Notes under the pieces: model-generated
Databases searched by the model: none
What the model was told of the DNA's origin: nothing
What the model saw: the letters and a program-made list of their open reading frames with translations, nothing else
Program-made: the position numbers and the translations under genes
Shown here: positions 27,115 through 37,677 of the stretch, piece by piece
Position numbering within the stretch: position 1 is the stretch's first letter
Layout: each line of letters opens with the position of its first letter
From: an uncultured Candidatus Saccharibacteria bacterium
GTDB lineage: Bacteria > Patescibacteriota > CALEFQ01 > G965231055
NCBI GenBank assembly: GCA_965231055.1
Contig: OZ246411.1
Location: 116,711-180,710, forward strand
Length of the DNA: 64,000 bases
Direction of reading: 5' to 3'

Positions 27115-29382
27115 CTAAAATTTCTCTTCTTCTGATGGAGTTTCCTCTGAATCTTCTGACATCTGCTCAGATGGATTGTCTAATCCATTTAGCTCTCTCA
27201 CAGCTCCTTCGTGTTCTAGTTTATATTTTCCGACAACTTCTCTTGGTTTGGAACCATCAGGAGGTCCAACTATGCCGTTTTGTTCGAGCAAATCTAGTAA
27301 TCTTGCAGCTCTAGCATATCCTACTCGTAGTCTTCTTTGCAAAAGCGAAGCGGAACCCTTTCCCATTCTAATAATTTCTGTTTTTGCATCTTCATACAAT
27401 GCATCTTCCGATCCACCCTCTTCGCTCATAAAACTACTGCTAGTAAATGATCCTCCGGTATTACGCTCCACCACATCACTATTATAGTCAGGAACACCTT
27501 TTTCCTTAAGACTACCAGTAACTTTTTCTATTTCACCTTCTTCAACGAAAGCTCCCTGAATACGTCTTGGTTTATTTAGGTCAGCTGAGATGTAAAGCAT
27601 GTCTCCATTTCCCAAAAGTTTTTCAGCTCCAGATGAATCAAGAATAGTCCTTGAATCAGTTTGAGAAGCAACGGCAAAAGCTATCCTGGTTGTAATGTTG
27701 GCTTTAATGAGACCAGTGATAACATCTACAGAAGGTCTTTGAGTTGCAAGCACTAGATGGATACCCACAGCGCGAGCCATCTGAGCAAGTCTCACTACGG
27801 CACCCTCAACATCAGCAGCAGCAACAGCCATAATATCAGCCAACTCATCAACAACAATAACGATATAAGGCAAACTCTTTTTGCGCATAGATTTGTTGTA
27901 GCTTTTTATATCTCTTTTTCCTGTTTCAGAAAGAAGCTGATATCGCCTATCCATTTCGCCTACAACCCATTTGAGCGCATTAACAGTTTTCTTGGTGTCT
28001 GTAATAACAGGAGTAAGCAAATGAGGAATATTGTTGTAATTACTCATCTCTACCCTCTTTGGATCTATAAGAATGAGTTTAAGTTCTGATGGAGTTTTTT
28101 TGTAAAGCAAACTCATAAGCAGTGCGTTCATGCACACGCTTTTACCTGAACCAGTGGCACCAGCTATGAGCAGGTGAGGCATCTTATCAAGTGCTGCTAC
28201 GACAGGAACTCCAGCCACATCGCGTCCAAGTGAAAATGGAAGCTTGTGCTTGAAATTCTGATACTCGCCCGATTCTACAATTTCTCTTACTCTTACAAGA
28301 GCAACTGTTTCATTTGGAATTTCAATGCCAACAAGAGATCTTCCAGGTATTGGAGCCTCTATTCGTATTGATTTAGCAGCAAGGACAAGCGCAATATCAT
28401 TTTGCAAAGCAACTATTTTGCTAAGCTTTACTCCGTCAGCAGGCTTAAGAGTGTACTGCGTAACAGTAGGTCCTATGTTTACTTCTGCCATCTCCACTTC
28501 TATTCCAAAATTAGCAAAAGTTTTTTCTATGAGCTCTGCGTTTTTCTTTATATCGCCAGAAGTTGGCTTTCCAAACTCCCCATTAAGAAGATCTATGGAA
28601 GGAAACTCCCAATCATCTCTAACTTCAGTGAGCACCGCTCCCTCTGCTATTGGCTCTTTATAGTCCAAAACTTCAAGTTCTTTTTCCTCTACATCTCTAT
28701 TTTCTTCTTCGGCCAATTCAGATACCTCTTCTAGGGCTTCATCTTTTTCTTCCGACTCTCCTTCATCCTCTCCCGTCTGAATTCCATTTACTTTGAGTTG
28801 CTTTCTTTTCATCCTCTCTTTTGCGATCTCAATTTTGTTGAAAATTTCTTTGAAAGAGATATCGAATATTATAAGCAAAGAAACCAAGAATAAAACTACT
28901 AATATAATCCAATTGGCTATCTCACCAACTGCAGATATAAGTCCGAAACTAACGATATAGCCTATATATCCTCCACCAGAACCCTCAGACACAGCATTAA
29001 AAAGCTCTTCAAATGGTAAAAAGGAATGAAATATACCAAGTATGGTTATAACGAGTACAGCAATACCAAAATAGAGAATTTTTTTGAACGGTGCTTCTTT
29101 CTGAAAAAGAGTATATCCAGCAAAAATCAAAAGCAATGGTACAAAAAATGATCCCCACCCAAAAAATAATTTCATAAACTCATGCCAATATTTTCCTGCC
29201 GTACCAGCAGCGTTAAAGAGAGCCAAAACTGAAAAAGCAGCTATTAAAAATAATACCAAAACCCAAATACCTTTTTTTACTTCTGGGCTTAGTACAAATC
29301 CTTCTTTTCGCGCTCTAGATTTTTTTCGCCTTTTTTTCGAAGGTGAAGTTGTTTTTTCTGTAATTTTGTTTTTTCGTGCCAT
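27115..29382 (-). CDS. ftsK: DNA translocase FtsK/SpoIIIE
   Basis: N-terminal TM segments, Walker A GATGSGKSV, and a C-terminal gamma-like winged helix. Confidence 0.9.
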   Translation of the reverse strand: MARKNKITEKTTSPSKKRRKKSRARKEGFVLSPEVKKGIWVLVLFLIAAFSVLALFNAAGTAGKYWHEFMKLFFGWGSFFVPLLLIFAGYTLFQKEAPFKKILYFGIAVLVITILGIFHSFLPFEELFNAVSEGSGGGYIGYIVSFGLISAVGEIANWIILVVLFLVSLLIIFDISFKEIFNKIEIAKERMKRKQLKVNGIQTGEDEGESEEKDEALEEVSELAEEENRDVEEKELEVLDYKEPIAEGAVLTEVRDDWEFPSIDLLNGEFGKPTSGDIKKNAELIEKTFANFGIEVEMAEVNIGPTVTQYTLKPADGVKLSKIVALQNDIALVLAAKSIRIEAPIPGRSLVGIEIPNETVALVRVREIVESGEYQNFKHKLPFSLGRDVAGVPVVAALDKMPHLLIAGATGSGKSVCMNALLMSLLYKKTPSELKLILIDPKRVEMSNYNNIPHLLTPVITDTKKTVNALKWVVGEMDRRYQLLSETGKRDIKSYNKSMRKKSLPYIVIVVDELADIMAVAAADVEGAVVRLAQMARAVGIHLVLATQRPSVDVITGLIKANITTRIAFAVASQTDSRTILDSSGAEKLLGNGDMLYISADLNKPRRIQGAFVEEGEIEKVTGSLKEKGVPDYNSDVVERNTGGSFTSSSFMSEEGGSEDALYEDAKTEIIRMGKGSASLLQRRLRVGYARAARLLDLLEQNGIVGPPDGSKPREVVGKYKLEHEGAVRELNGLDNPSEQMSEDSEETPSEEEKF

Positions 29383-29541
29383 GTAATTTAGCTATCTATA
29401 ATTCAAAAAAATATTAGTGTTTATTGTAAAGATAATAACTAAACAAAGCCTGAAATCAAGCAAATATTCACTAGTAGATTATACCCTATTTCTAGCTAAA
29501 TGGAAAGTTAATAATCAGGGTAATGCAATGAGTTTTTAGAT

Positions 29542-29839
29542 AAAAAAAGGGGGCTGCGTAAACCTTTTGCAATTGTTGAGCTTCGACTTTACGTCGAAAA
29601 CAATTTAGGTTAAAACGCATACCCCTCGCACAGAATCCATAACTGGAAAATAATTTCGATATGAATCCCGCGCTAGGCACGATCTTCCTGAGATTGCTGT
29701 AGCTTTTACTTCACCACGACAATCGTTTGAGCGCCTTGCTCCTTCGAAAACCAATGCCCCAACTGAAAGAACCAATGACCCATATTGTGTTTCACATCGC
29801 ACCTCCATTTTCTGGCATTTAAAATGCCTATCAAAACAC
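29542..29839 (-). ncRNA. Candidate structured ncRNA of unknown family (~300 nt), independently transcribed between rpoC and ftsK
   Basis: Perfect sigma70 promoter on the minus strand: TTGACA (rc of 29868-29873), 16 nt, TATAAT (rc of 29846-29851). A GC-rich body sits in an AT-rich genome. Multiple hairpins (GGCATTT-TA-AAATGCC, GUGUUU/AAACAC) and a tandem GGGuCAUUGGUU motif. A compound intrinsic terminator (GGGGTATGCGTTTTAACC...GGTTTACGCAGCCCCC + T7) ends it at ~29542. The only ORF inside (29605..29808) lacks an RBS and looks non-coding. Confidence 0.6.
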
Positions 29840-29845
29840 GTCTAA

Positions 29846-29873
29846 ATTATAATACATCAATATTCGATGTCAA
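29846..29873 (-). promoter_or_regulatory. Canonical sigma70-type promoter driving the candidate ncRNA
   Basis: TTGACA-N16-TATAAT read on the minus strand. Confidence 0.6.
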
Positions 29874-29882
29874 TACATAAAA

Positions 29883-29940
29883 AAATCCGCCTCACCCCCG
29901 AAAACTACGGATTAGTTTGACGGGTAGCGGACGGATTTTT
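29883..29940 (-). terminator. Intrinsic terminator downstream of rpoC
   Basis: Nested hairpin (atccgcc.../...ggcggat with inner aaacta-cggat-tagttt) followed by a T-run on the minus strand. Confidence 0.55.
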
Positions 29941-29948
29941 TGTGTATT

Positions 29949-32900
29949 TTATTGTTTTCTTACTGGGCGCTCTGAATCTGCTTTTTCATCCAAATCTATT
30001 TTCACAAGCTCATCCACTGAATCGATCATATCATCTCTAAATCCAGTACCTGCTGGAAGTTTCTTTCCTATAATCACATTTTCCTTGAGACCTCTTAGGT
30101 AGTCAACTTTTCCAAGAATTGCAGCGTCAATCAAAACTCTCGCAGTTTCCTGGAACGAAGCAGCTGACAAGAAGCTTTCAGTAGAAAGCGCTGCCTTGGT
30201 AATACCCAAAAGCAATTGTTCAAATGTGGCTGGCTTGCCCTTGTTGGCTTTTATTTTTCTGTTTGCTCTAAGCAGTTGCTCTTGCTCTAGGATTTCTCCA
30301 GGAACAAACTCAGTATCACCTGGCTCCAAAACTTTTGCCCTAGAAAGCATCTGTCTTACGATCATTTCTATGTGCTTGTCTGAAAGTTTCTGACCCTGTG
30401 AAGAGTAAATATACTGCACTTCTTTCAAAATATATTTTTGTACTGCCTCTATTCCGGATACTTCCATTAGACTCTTTAGATCCATATGGCCCTCTGTGAG
30501 TCGCGATCCTTTTCCTACCATATCACCTTCTTCTACGGTCAAGGCTGTTTTTGGAGGAATTATGTATTCCGCCAAATCAGAGCTGGCTCTCGTAATCTTT
30601 ATCATATTCTTTTCTATCTTTGCAATTCCATCAGCTTTGGCTTTTACTTTATCTCCATTTGATTTAACAGCTATGACTTGTCCTTTTGCAATTTCCACAT
30701 CATCTTTAACTGAAACTGAGGCTTTGTCCTTGCCTTCAATCAAAGGATATTCATCAACAACAATCTTGTCTCCGATTATCTTGATTTTCTTTTCTTTGTC
30801 AGTTTCTTCTATCATTATCTTGCCTGCAAATTCTGCAACTATAGCTGCATTTTTGATTGGTCTAGCTTCAAACAGTTCTTCAACTCTAGGAAGACCTTGC
30901 GTGATATCTTGTTCAGCGACTCCTCCAGTGTGGAAAGTACGCATAGTAAGCTGAGTTCCAGGTTCTCCAATAGACTGTGCAGCCACAATACCCACAGCTC
31001 TTCCCTTGTCCACCAATTCATTGTTTCCAAGATCCCAACCATAGCATTTTTTACAGATTCCCCTCTTGGCTTCGCAAGTAAGTACGGATCTTATGGTCGC
31101 TTCTTTGACATCTGATTTGTCTATTTTTGCAGCTATTTCTTCGTCTATAATATCCCCTGCTTTTACAAGTACCTTGTCTTTTGAATCTACGATGTCTTTG
31201 AATGCAACTCTTCCCTTGATTCGTTCTCCCATATCCACACCTATTTCTTTATTCTCTTCTGCAGTAATAGTAAATCCAGATTTGCAATTACAATCATCTT
31301 CGTAAATCACAAGATTCTGCGAAACATCAACTAGCTTTCTAGTAAGATATCCGGCGCTTGCGGTTCTAAGTGCTGTGTCAGCCAAACCTTTTCTTGTACC
31401 GTGAGTAGAGATAAAATATTCAAGAACAGATAGACCCTCTTTGAAACTTCCTTTTACTGGAAGCTCGATAGCTTTACCTGATGGGTTTGCTACAAGTCCT
31501 TTCATACCAACCATCTGAGTAGTCTGTCCCCAAGATCCTCTAGCACCAGATTCTATGAGTTGATGCATGGAATTTGATTCACCGATAGCTTTTTGAGCAT
31601 ATTCAGCAATCTGATCTTTGGTTCTGGTCCAGATTTCTATAACCTTTGAATATCTTTCGGTGTCGGTAAGAAGTCCTTGCTTGTAAAGCTGTCTCACTTC
31701 TTCAACTTCTTTATTTCCTTTTTCTATTAATTCATTCTTTTCTTTTGGAACTACCATGTCTCCCATGCTCAAAGTAAAACCAGATCTGGTGACATTCTCA
31801 AATCCGACATTTTTTATTCTGTCTATAAGCTCTGCTGTTTTTTCATTTCCAAACATTCTATAAGCTTTGCCTATAATAGCAGTAGCTTTCTTCTTATTTA
31901 TTACGTCGTTAATAAATTGTAATTCTTTTGGCAAAACTTCATTGAACAAAACTCTACCAACACAAGTTTCAATAAGTTCTCCATCTATTCTGACTTTTAT
32001 TTTAGCCTTTAGCCCAATGATTTCTGAATCATAGGCCAAGATAGCTTCCTCAGGAGATCCGAAGATTTTGCCTTCACCTTTTTCTTTGGCTCTAATCATG
32101 GTCATGTAGAAACATCCCAAAACCATGTCTTTGTCAGCCGTAGTAACTGGAATACCGGTTGCAGGCTTTAGAAGGTTGTGCTTCGAAACCATGATCTCAG
32201 CCGCCTCTTCCTTTGCTTCATCTGAGAGAGGAACGTGAACAGCCATCTGGTCTCCGTCAAAGTCAGCGTTGAAAGCTGGACATACTACTGGGTGAACTTG
32301 GATTGCTTTTCCTTCTATGAGTACTGGCTGAAAAGCCTGAATACCAAGTCTGTGAAGTGTAGGAGCGCGGTTTAGCATAACATGATGTCCTGCTATTACT
32401 TTTTCCAAAGCATCCCAAACTTCTGATCTTCCCTGCTCTATCAGTTTACCAGCACTTCTAACATTGTGAGCATATTCGTTTTTAATAAGATCAGCTATAA
32501 CAAATGGTTTGAATAATTCTAGGGCCATTCTTTTTGGAAGTCCGCACTGATCAAGTTTAAGTTTTGGACCAACAACGATTACAGATCGTCCAGAATAATC
32601 AACTCTTTTTCCGAGCAAGTTCTGTCTGAATCTTCCCTGCTTACCCTTTAGCATGTCTGCCAAAGATTTGAGAGTTCTCTTTTGACCAGTAGAAGCTTGA
32701 ACTGCTTTTCCTCTTCTAGCACTATTATCTATAAGAGCATCAACAGCTTCTTGTAGCATTCTTTTTTCATTTCTCTGAATAACTTCAGGAGCTCCTAGCT
32801 CTTTTAATCTCTTAAGTCGGTTGTTTCTATTTATAACTCTTCTATACAAATCGTTTAAGTCTGAAGCCGCGTATCTTCCTCCATCTAGAGGAACCATCGG

Positions 32901-33872
32901 TCTTAGATCTGGTGGAATAATTGGAAGCACGGTTAGTATCATCCATTCTGGTCTCACACCAGCTCTGATCATACCCTTGACCAATTTCAATCTCTTCAAA
33001 ACTCTTTTTCTTTGAGTGGTTGTAGAAGATACTGATTGTTCATCAAGCTCTTTGCCAAGTTTAATCAAATCAACATGCTCCACCAATTTTCTTACAGCTT
33101 CTGCTCCTATACCAGCCTTGAATACATGTCCGTATTTCATAGAAAGATCTCTGTATTCCAATTCAGAAATAATTTTGAGTTGTTTCAAGTCTCTCAATTC
33201 TTTTCTGGCAATATCAAAAGCATCAGTAAGTCTATCCAACTGATCTATTTGCTCTTCTCTCAAAAGATTTATCTTTTCTCTGAATTGAGATTCGATTTTT
33301 TCTTTTACTGACTTTGCGGTTTCTGACGCAAGGCGTTTAGCTTTTTCGGCATTGATTTTTTCAAGCTTTTGGCTAAAAAGAGTTTCTATTTCTTTTTTCT
33401 TGGTTTTGACTTCACTTTTTATCTGCTTATTGGCTTCTTCCTTAGCTTTTTCATCAACTTCTGTAATGATATAATCAGCGAAATAAATCACTCTTTCTAG
33501 AGCCTGAGCAGACAGATCCAAAATCAAACCTATCTTACTAGGTACTCCTCTTAGAAACCAGATATGTGCTACTGGGGTAGAAAGTTCTATGTGTGCCATT
33601 CGTTCTCTTCGTACCACTGCCCTAGTTACCTCAACTCCGCATTTATCACACACCACACCCTTGTATCTAATTCTTTTATACTTTCCACAATAACACTCCC
33701 AATCCTTGGTAGGTCCAAAGATTTTTTCACAAAACAAACCATCTTTTTCAGGCTTCTGAGTCCTGTAGTTTATGGTTTCAGGTCTTGTAACTTCTCCGTG
33801 AGACCATTTCTTTATAACGTCAGGAGAAGCGAGTTTTAGTCTTAGTGCTTTGAAATCTATTTGAGTTGACAT
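29949..33872 (-). CDS. rpoC: DNA-directed RNA polymerase subunit beta'
   Basis: 1307 aa. NADFDGDQMAVHVP catalytic motif and zinc-binding CxxC pairs near the N-terminus. Confidence 0.97.
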   Translation of the reverse strand: MSTQIDFKALRLKLASPDVIKKWSHGEVTRPETINYRTQKPEKDGLFCEKIFGPTKDWECYCGKYKRIRYKGVVCDKCGVEVTRAVVRRERMAHIELSTPVAHIWFLRGVPSKIGLILDLSAQALERVIYFADYIITEVDEKAKEEANKQIKSEVKTKKKEIETLFSQKLEKINAEKAKRLASETAKSVKEKIESQFREKINLLREEQIDQLDRLTDAFDIARKELRDLKQLKIISELEYRDLSMKYGHVFKAGIGAEAVRKLVEHVDLIKLGKELDEQSVSSTTTQRKRVLKRLKLVKGMIRAGVRPEWMILTVLPIIPPDLRPMVPLDGGRYAASDLNDLYRRVINRNNRLKRLKELGAPEVIQRNEKRMLQEAVDALIDNSARRGKAVQASTGQKRTLKSLADMLKGKQGRFRQNLLGKRVDYSGRSVIVVGPKLKLDQCGLPKRMALELFKPFVIADLIKNEYAHNVRSAGKLIEQGRSEVWDALEKVIAGHHVMLNRAPTLHRLGIQAFQPVLIEGKAIQVHPVVCPAFNADFDGDQMAVHVPLSDEAKEEAAEIMVSKHNLLKPATGIPVTTADKDMVLGCFYMTMIRAKEKGEGKIFGSPEEAILAYDSEIIGLKAKIKVRIDGELIETCVGRVLFNEVLPKELQFINDVINKKKATAIIGKAYRMFGNEKTAELIDRIKNVGFENVTRSGFTLSMGDMVVPKEKNELIEKGNKEVEEVRQLYKQGLLTDTERYSKVIEIWTRTKDQIAEYAQKAIGESNSMHQLIESGARGSWGQTTQMVGMKGLVANPSGKAIELPVKGSFKEGLSVLEYFISTHGTRKGLADTALRTASAGYLTRKLVDVSQNLVIYEDDCNCKSGFTITAEENKEIGVDMGERIKGRVAFKDIVDSKDKVLVKAGDIIDEEIAAKIDKSDVKEATIRSVLTCEAKRGICKKCYGWDLGNNELVDKGRAVGIVAAQSIGEPGTQLTMRTFHTGGVAEQDITQGLPRVEELFEARPIKNAAIVAEFAGKIMIEETDKEKKIKIIGDKIVVDEYPLIEGKDKASVSVKDDVEIAKGQVIAVKSNGDKVKAKADGIAKIEKNMIKITRASSDLAEYIIPPKTALTVEEGDMVGKGSRLTEGHMDLKSLMEVSGIEAVQKYILKEVQYIYSSQGQKLSDKHIEMIVRQMLSRAKVLEPGDTEFVPGEILEQEQLLRANRKIKANKGKPATFEQLLLGITKAALSTESFLSAASFQETARVLIDAAILGKVDYLRGLKENVIIGKKLPAGTGFRDDMIDSVDELVKIDLDEKADSERPVRKQ

Positions 33873-33915
33873 ATGAGAATATTTAAGAAATTAAATAATT
33901 TATTTATGAAGAAAG

Positions 33916-36900
33916 TTATGCTTTTTCTTTCTTGTCTTTAACTTCAACATTTTCAACTTTCTTCTCAGCATCAGATGCTTTCTCAACTTCTTTGGCTTCA
34001 TATCCTTTGTCACCAAAAATTTCTACATCAAGAGCTAAACTCTTTAGTTCTTTTATAAGCACGTCAAATGAAGCAGGGATGCTTGGTGGTTTGATCTTTT
34101 CTCCTTTAACAAGAGATTCGTAAGTTTTTGATCTACCCATTACATCGTCTGATTTTATCGTCAAAATTTCCTGCAAAGTATTTGCTGCTCCATAAGCTTC
34201 AAGTGCCCAGACTTCCATTTCTCCAAATCTCTGTCCTCCCATTTGTGCTTTTCCTCCGAGTGGCTGCTGAGTAACAAGTGAGTAAGGACCGATTGATCGC
34301 TGGTGCATCTTTTCATCAACCAAGTGATGAAGCTTCATCATATACATAACTCCAACCGTTGTTCTTTCTTGGAATTTTTCTCCAGTTCTTCCATCATGAA
34401 GCTGAACTTTTCCATCCTCAGGAATACCAGCCCTCTTTAATTCTTCTACTATTTTTTCTTGAGAGACTCCGTCAAGCGCAGGTGAAGCTACTTTGTAACC
34501 AAGTTTCTGAGCAGCCCAACCTAAGTGAGTTTCTAGTAGCTGACCCAAGTTCATACGACTTGTGATTCCAAGTGGTGTAAGAATGATATCTATAGGTGTT
34601 CCATCTTCCAGGAAAGGCATATCTGATTTAGGAATAACTCTAGAAATAACACCTTTGTTTCCATGACGACCTGCCATCTTGTCTCCAACCTGGATTTTTC
34701 TAAGCTTAGCAACGCTTATCTGAACTCTCTTCAAAACTCCAGTGCTAAGTTTATCTCCTTGTTCTCTTGTAAATATTTTTACATCAACTACCTTACCTTG
34801 CTCACCGTGTTGAAGATAGAGAGAAGAGTCTTTGACATCTCTCGCCTTTTCTCCGAAAATGGCTCTCAATAGTTTTTCTTCTGAGGTGAGATCTGTTTCT
34901 CCCTTTGGAGTAATTTTTCCTACAAGAATATCTCCAGAAGATACTTGAGCACCTATTCTAACTATACCTTCTTCGTCCAAATCTTTTAGTTTGTCTTCTC
35001 CTACGTTTGGAATATCTCTAGTGATCATCTCGGGTCCGAGTTTTGTATCTCTAACTTCAATAGGAAAATCCTCTATATGTATAGAGCTGTATAAATCTTG
35101 ATTTACGACTCTTTCTGAAAGCAAGATAGCGTCTTCGTAGTTTCCACCTTCCCAAGACATAAAAGCTACAAGCACATTTCTTCCGAGCGCCAACTCTCCC
35201 CCTTCGGTTGAAGGTCCATCAGCAAGAGCTTGTCCTTTTTCAACTTGATCTCCTTCATTTGCAAGTATTCTCTGGTTGATACAAGTTGATTGGTTTGATC
35301 TGATAAATTTTGAAAGTCTATATTCATCTTCGCCCTTGCTTGTCTTTACGACAATCTTTTCACCGGAAGCTTTGATAACTTTTCCAGCGTTTTTGGCGAT
35401 GATTATGTGTCCTGAGTCTCTAGCTGCTTTTTCCTCAACACCCGTACCTACAACTGGAGATTCTGGCTGTACACAACTAACTGCCTGTCTCTGCATGTTT
35501 GCACCCATGAGGGCTCTAGGACCGTCATCGTGTTCCAAGAAAGGAATAAGCGCAGTAGAAACAGAAACGATTTGCTTTGGAGAAACATCAACATATTCAA
35601 CTCTTCCTAGTTTGGAAAACAATGGCTCTCCGTGAACTCTGATTTCTGCCTCGTCTTCTACAAAATAATTGTCTTTATCTAGTGGTACAGTTGCAGGAGC
35701 TGTGACTGATCTCTCTTCTTCGAAAGCATCTAGATATACTATTTCATCAGTTACTATCGATTTGATAGAAACTTTATCTATTCCTGCTTTGGAAATCTTC
35801 TGTGCAACTTCTTTTGTTATCAATGTATTTGAAGGAACTAAAACTTTTCCGGTTTTTTCTTCTGCCACTTCTTTGTGAACAGTTTTACCAATAAGATTTT
35901 TGGTATCCTTACCATCTATTTCTCTCAAAACTTTTCTATATGGAGTTTCTATAAAACCGTATTCATTTATTCTTGAATAGCATGCGAGGTGTCCCACCAA
36001 ACCAATGTTTGGTCCTTCTGGTGTTTCAATAGGACAAATTCTTCCATAGTGAGAACTATGAACGTCGCGAACTTCAAACCCTGCTCTTTCTCTGGAGAGT
36101 CCACCAGGTCCCATAGCTGACATTCTTCTCTTGTGAGCAAGCTCTGCCAAAGGATTGGTCTGATCCATAAACTGTGAAAGCTGAGAAGAAGTGAAAAATT
36201 CTCTAATAGCAGCGATAACTGGTCTTGCATTTATCATCTGAGCTGGTGTAACTGTAGTGCTATCAAGAGTGGTCATTCTATCTTTTATAATACGTTCCAT
36301 TCGGGCTATTCCTACTCTAAATCTAGCTTGTACCAATTCTCCCACGGCTCTTACTCTTCTGTTTCCCAAATGATCTATATCATCTGCTTTTCCTTTTTCT
36401 GCGTTTAATCTGATAATTTCTTTTATGATCAATATCAAATCTTCTCTTCGCATCACTCTGTTTTTCTTGATGTTTGGAACATTGAGAGACATTCTCTGGT
36501 TCATCTTGTATCTACCAACTTTTCCTATATCATATCTGTTGAAATCAAAAAACATCGCATCAATCATGGATTTGGCATTGTCTACAGTAGCCAAGTCTCC
36601 TGGTCTGATTCTCTTATAGACTTCTTTCAATCCTTCGCCTTCTGATCTCGCGATATCTTTTTCCAAAGTTTTGTCGATATAATCAACTTCGCCCTTGGCT
36701 GCATCTTTGAAAAGTTCTTTTATTTCTTCGTTGGTTCCATATCCAAAAGCTCTAAGCAAGGAAGTGATAGCAACTTTTCTTTTTCTATCTATTTTGACAT
36801 AGATCACTCCATTCATATCAGTCTCAAATTCAAGCCACGCTCCTCTATTTGGAATAATCTTGGCACCATAAACTTGTTTACCTTTGATCACATCTTCGGT

Positions 36901-37320
36901 AAAGAAAACTCCAGGGGACCTGATTAGCTGAGTAACAACAACTCTTTCAACTCCATTGACAATAAAAGTACCTCTCTCTGTCATGAGAGGAAAATCTCCA
37001 AGAAAAGCTTCTTGGGTTTTTATTTCTCCTGTTTTTTTGTTTACAAGTTTTGCATTGACTCGAAGCGCTGCTTCGTAAGTCATATTTCTGCTTTTTGAAG
37101 TTACCTCATCATACTTTGACTCATCGAGATAGTAATCTTCAAAATAAAGTTCAAATAAATTTTTGTTTGCGTCTTCGATCGGATTGATCTCTTCGAAAAG
37201 TTCTTTTAATCCTTCATCCAAAAACCATCTATAAGATGTTCTTTGTATTTCTGTAAGATCTGGTAGTGGAACAGCATCGTGGATCTGCGTGAAATATTTA
37301 CGTTTTGTTGCCGTAGACAT
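33916..37320 (-). CDS. rpoB: DNA-directed RNA polymerase subunit beta
   Basis: 1134 aa with conserved regions (e.g. the rifampicin-region-like [18 protein letters not shown]); immediately upstream of rpoC. Confidence 0.97.
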   Translation of the reverse strand: MSTATKRKYFTQIHDAVPLPDLTEIQRTSYRWFLDEGLKELFEEINPIEDANKNLFELYFEDYYLDESKYDEVTSKSRNMTYEAALRVNAKLVNKKTGEIKTQEAFLGDFPLMTERGTFIVNGVERVVVTQLIRSPGVFFTEDVIKGKQVYGAKIIPNRGAWLEFETDMNGVIYVKIDRKRKVAITSLLRAFGYGTNEEIKELFKDAAKGEVDYIDKTLEKDIARSEGEGLKEVYKRIRPGDLATVDNAKSMIDAMFFDFNRYDIGKVGRYKMNQRMSLNVPNIKKNRVMRREDLILIIKEIIRLNAEKGKADDIDHLGNRRVRAVGELVQARFRVGIARMERIIKDRMTTLDSTTVTPAQMINARPVIAAIREFFTSSQLSQFMDQTNPLAELAHKRRMSAMGPGGLSRERAGFEVRDVHSSHYGRICPIETPEGPNIGLVGHLACYSRINEYGFIETPYRKVLREIDGKDTKNLIGKTVHKEVAEEKTGKVLVPSNTLITKEVAQKISKAGIDKVSIKSIVTDEIVYLDAFEEERSVTAPATVPLDKDNYFVEDEAEIRVHGEPLFSKLGRVEYVDVSPKQIVSVSTALIPFLEHDDGPRALMGANMQRQAVSCVQPESPVVGTGVEEKAARDSGHIIIAKNAGKVIKASGEKIVVKTSKGEDEYRLSKFIRSNQSTCINQRILANEGDQVEKGQALADGPSTEGGELALGRNVLVAFMSWEGGNYEDAILLSERVVNQDLYSSIHIEDFPIEVRDTKLGPEMITRDIPNVGEDKLKDLDEEGIVRIGAQVSSGDILVGKITPKGETDLTSEEKLLRAIFGEKARDVKDSSLYLQHGEQGKVVDVKIFTREQGDKLSTGVLKRVQISVAKLRKIQVGDKMAGRHGNKGVISRVIPKSDMPFLEDGTPIDIILTPLGITSRMNLGQLLETHLGWAAQKLGYKVASPALDGVSQEKIVEELKRAGIPEDGKVQLHDGRTGEKFQERTTVGVMYMMKLHHLVDEKMHQRSIGPYSLVTQQPLGGKAQMGGQRFGEMEVWALEAYGAANTLQEILTIKSDDVMGRSKTYESLVKGEKIKPPSIPASFDVLIKELKSLALDVEIFGDKGYEAKEVEKASDAEKKVENVEVKDKKEKA

Positions 37321-37454
37321 AGAGGTAAAAAATTAAAAATTAAAAAATTTATTATTTAGTTTCCTCTTAAATAATTTTCTACAACAACCCTTTCCTATGT
37401 CTTGAATTCAGGGAAAAAATTATCAAGTTGCAAATATTTCCTAGTAACGTACAA

Positions 37455-37500
37455 AAAACCTCCCTCTGGATACAAGCCAAGCGGGAGTCGTGATTTGACC
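37455..37500 (-). terminator. Intrinsic terminator after the GT39 gene, in the rpoB leader region
   Basis: CTCCCGCTTGG...CCAGAGGGAG hairpin followed by GTTTTTTG on the minus strand. Confidence 0.45.
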
Positions 37501-37677
37501 CTTAACTTAGAATATTTGCTAATTTGTGCATAGCTTTGGCTTTTTGGGGTTTTGAACCCAAAATCCATCAAGCTTAAATAAGAATAATTTCGTAGATTGA
37601 CCTTAACAGACACTCACTATTTTGTCAATAACCCTGTGGATATAGCTGTGAATAAGAGAATCTTCAACAGAGCTTCA

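Noticed and set aside
29605-29808. 67-aa and 62-aa ORFs (29605..29808, 29492..29680) in the rpoC–ftsK spacer
   Set aside because: They lie within the promoter/terminator-delimited structured RNA. There is no RBS, and the sequence is Arg/Cys-rich and random-looking.
30196-37320. Numerous 60–150-aa ORFs on the + strand inside rpoC and rpoB, and 35967..36230 (-) in an alternate frame
   Set aside because: They are shadow ORFs within very highly conserved genes.
37395-37613. 72-aa ORF in the rpoB upstream region
   Set aside because: It lies in a leader/terminator region with hairpins. No RBS, and the composition is not protein-like.
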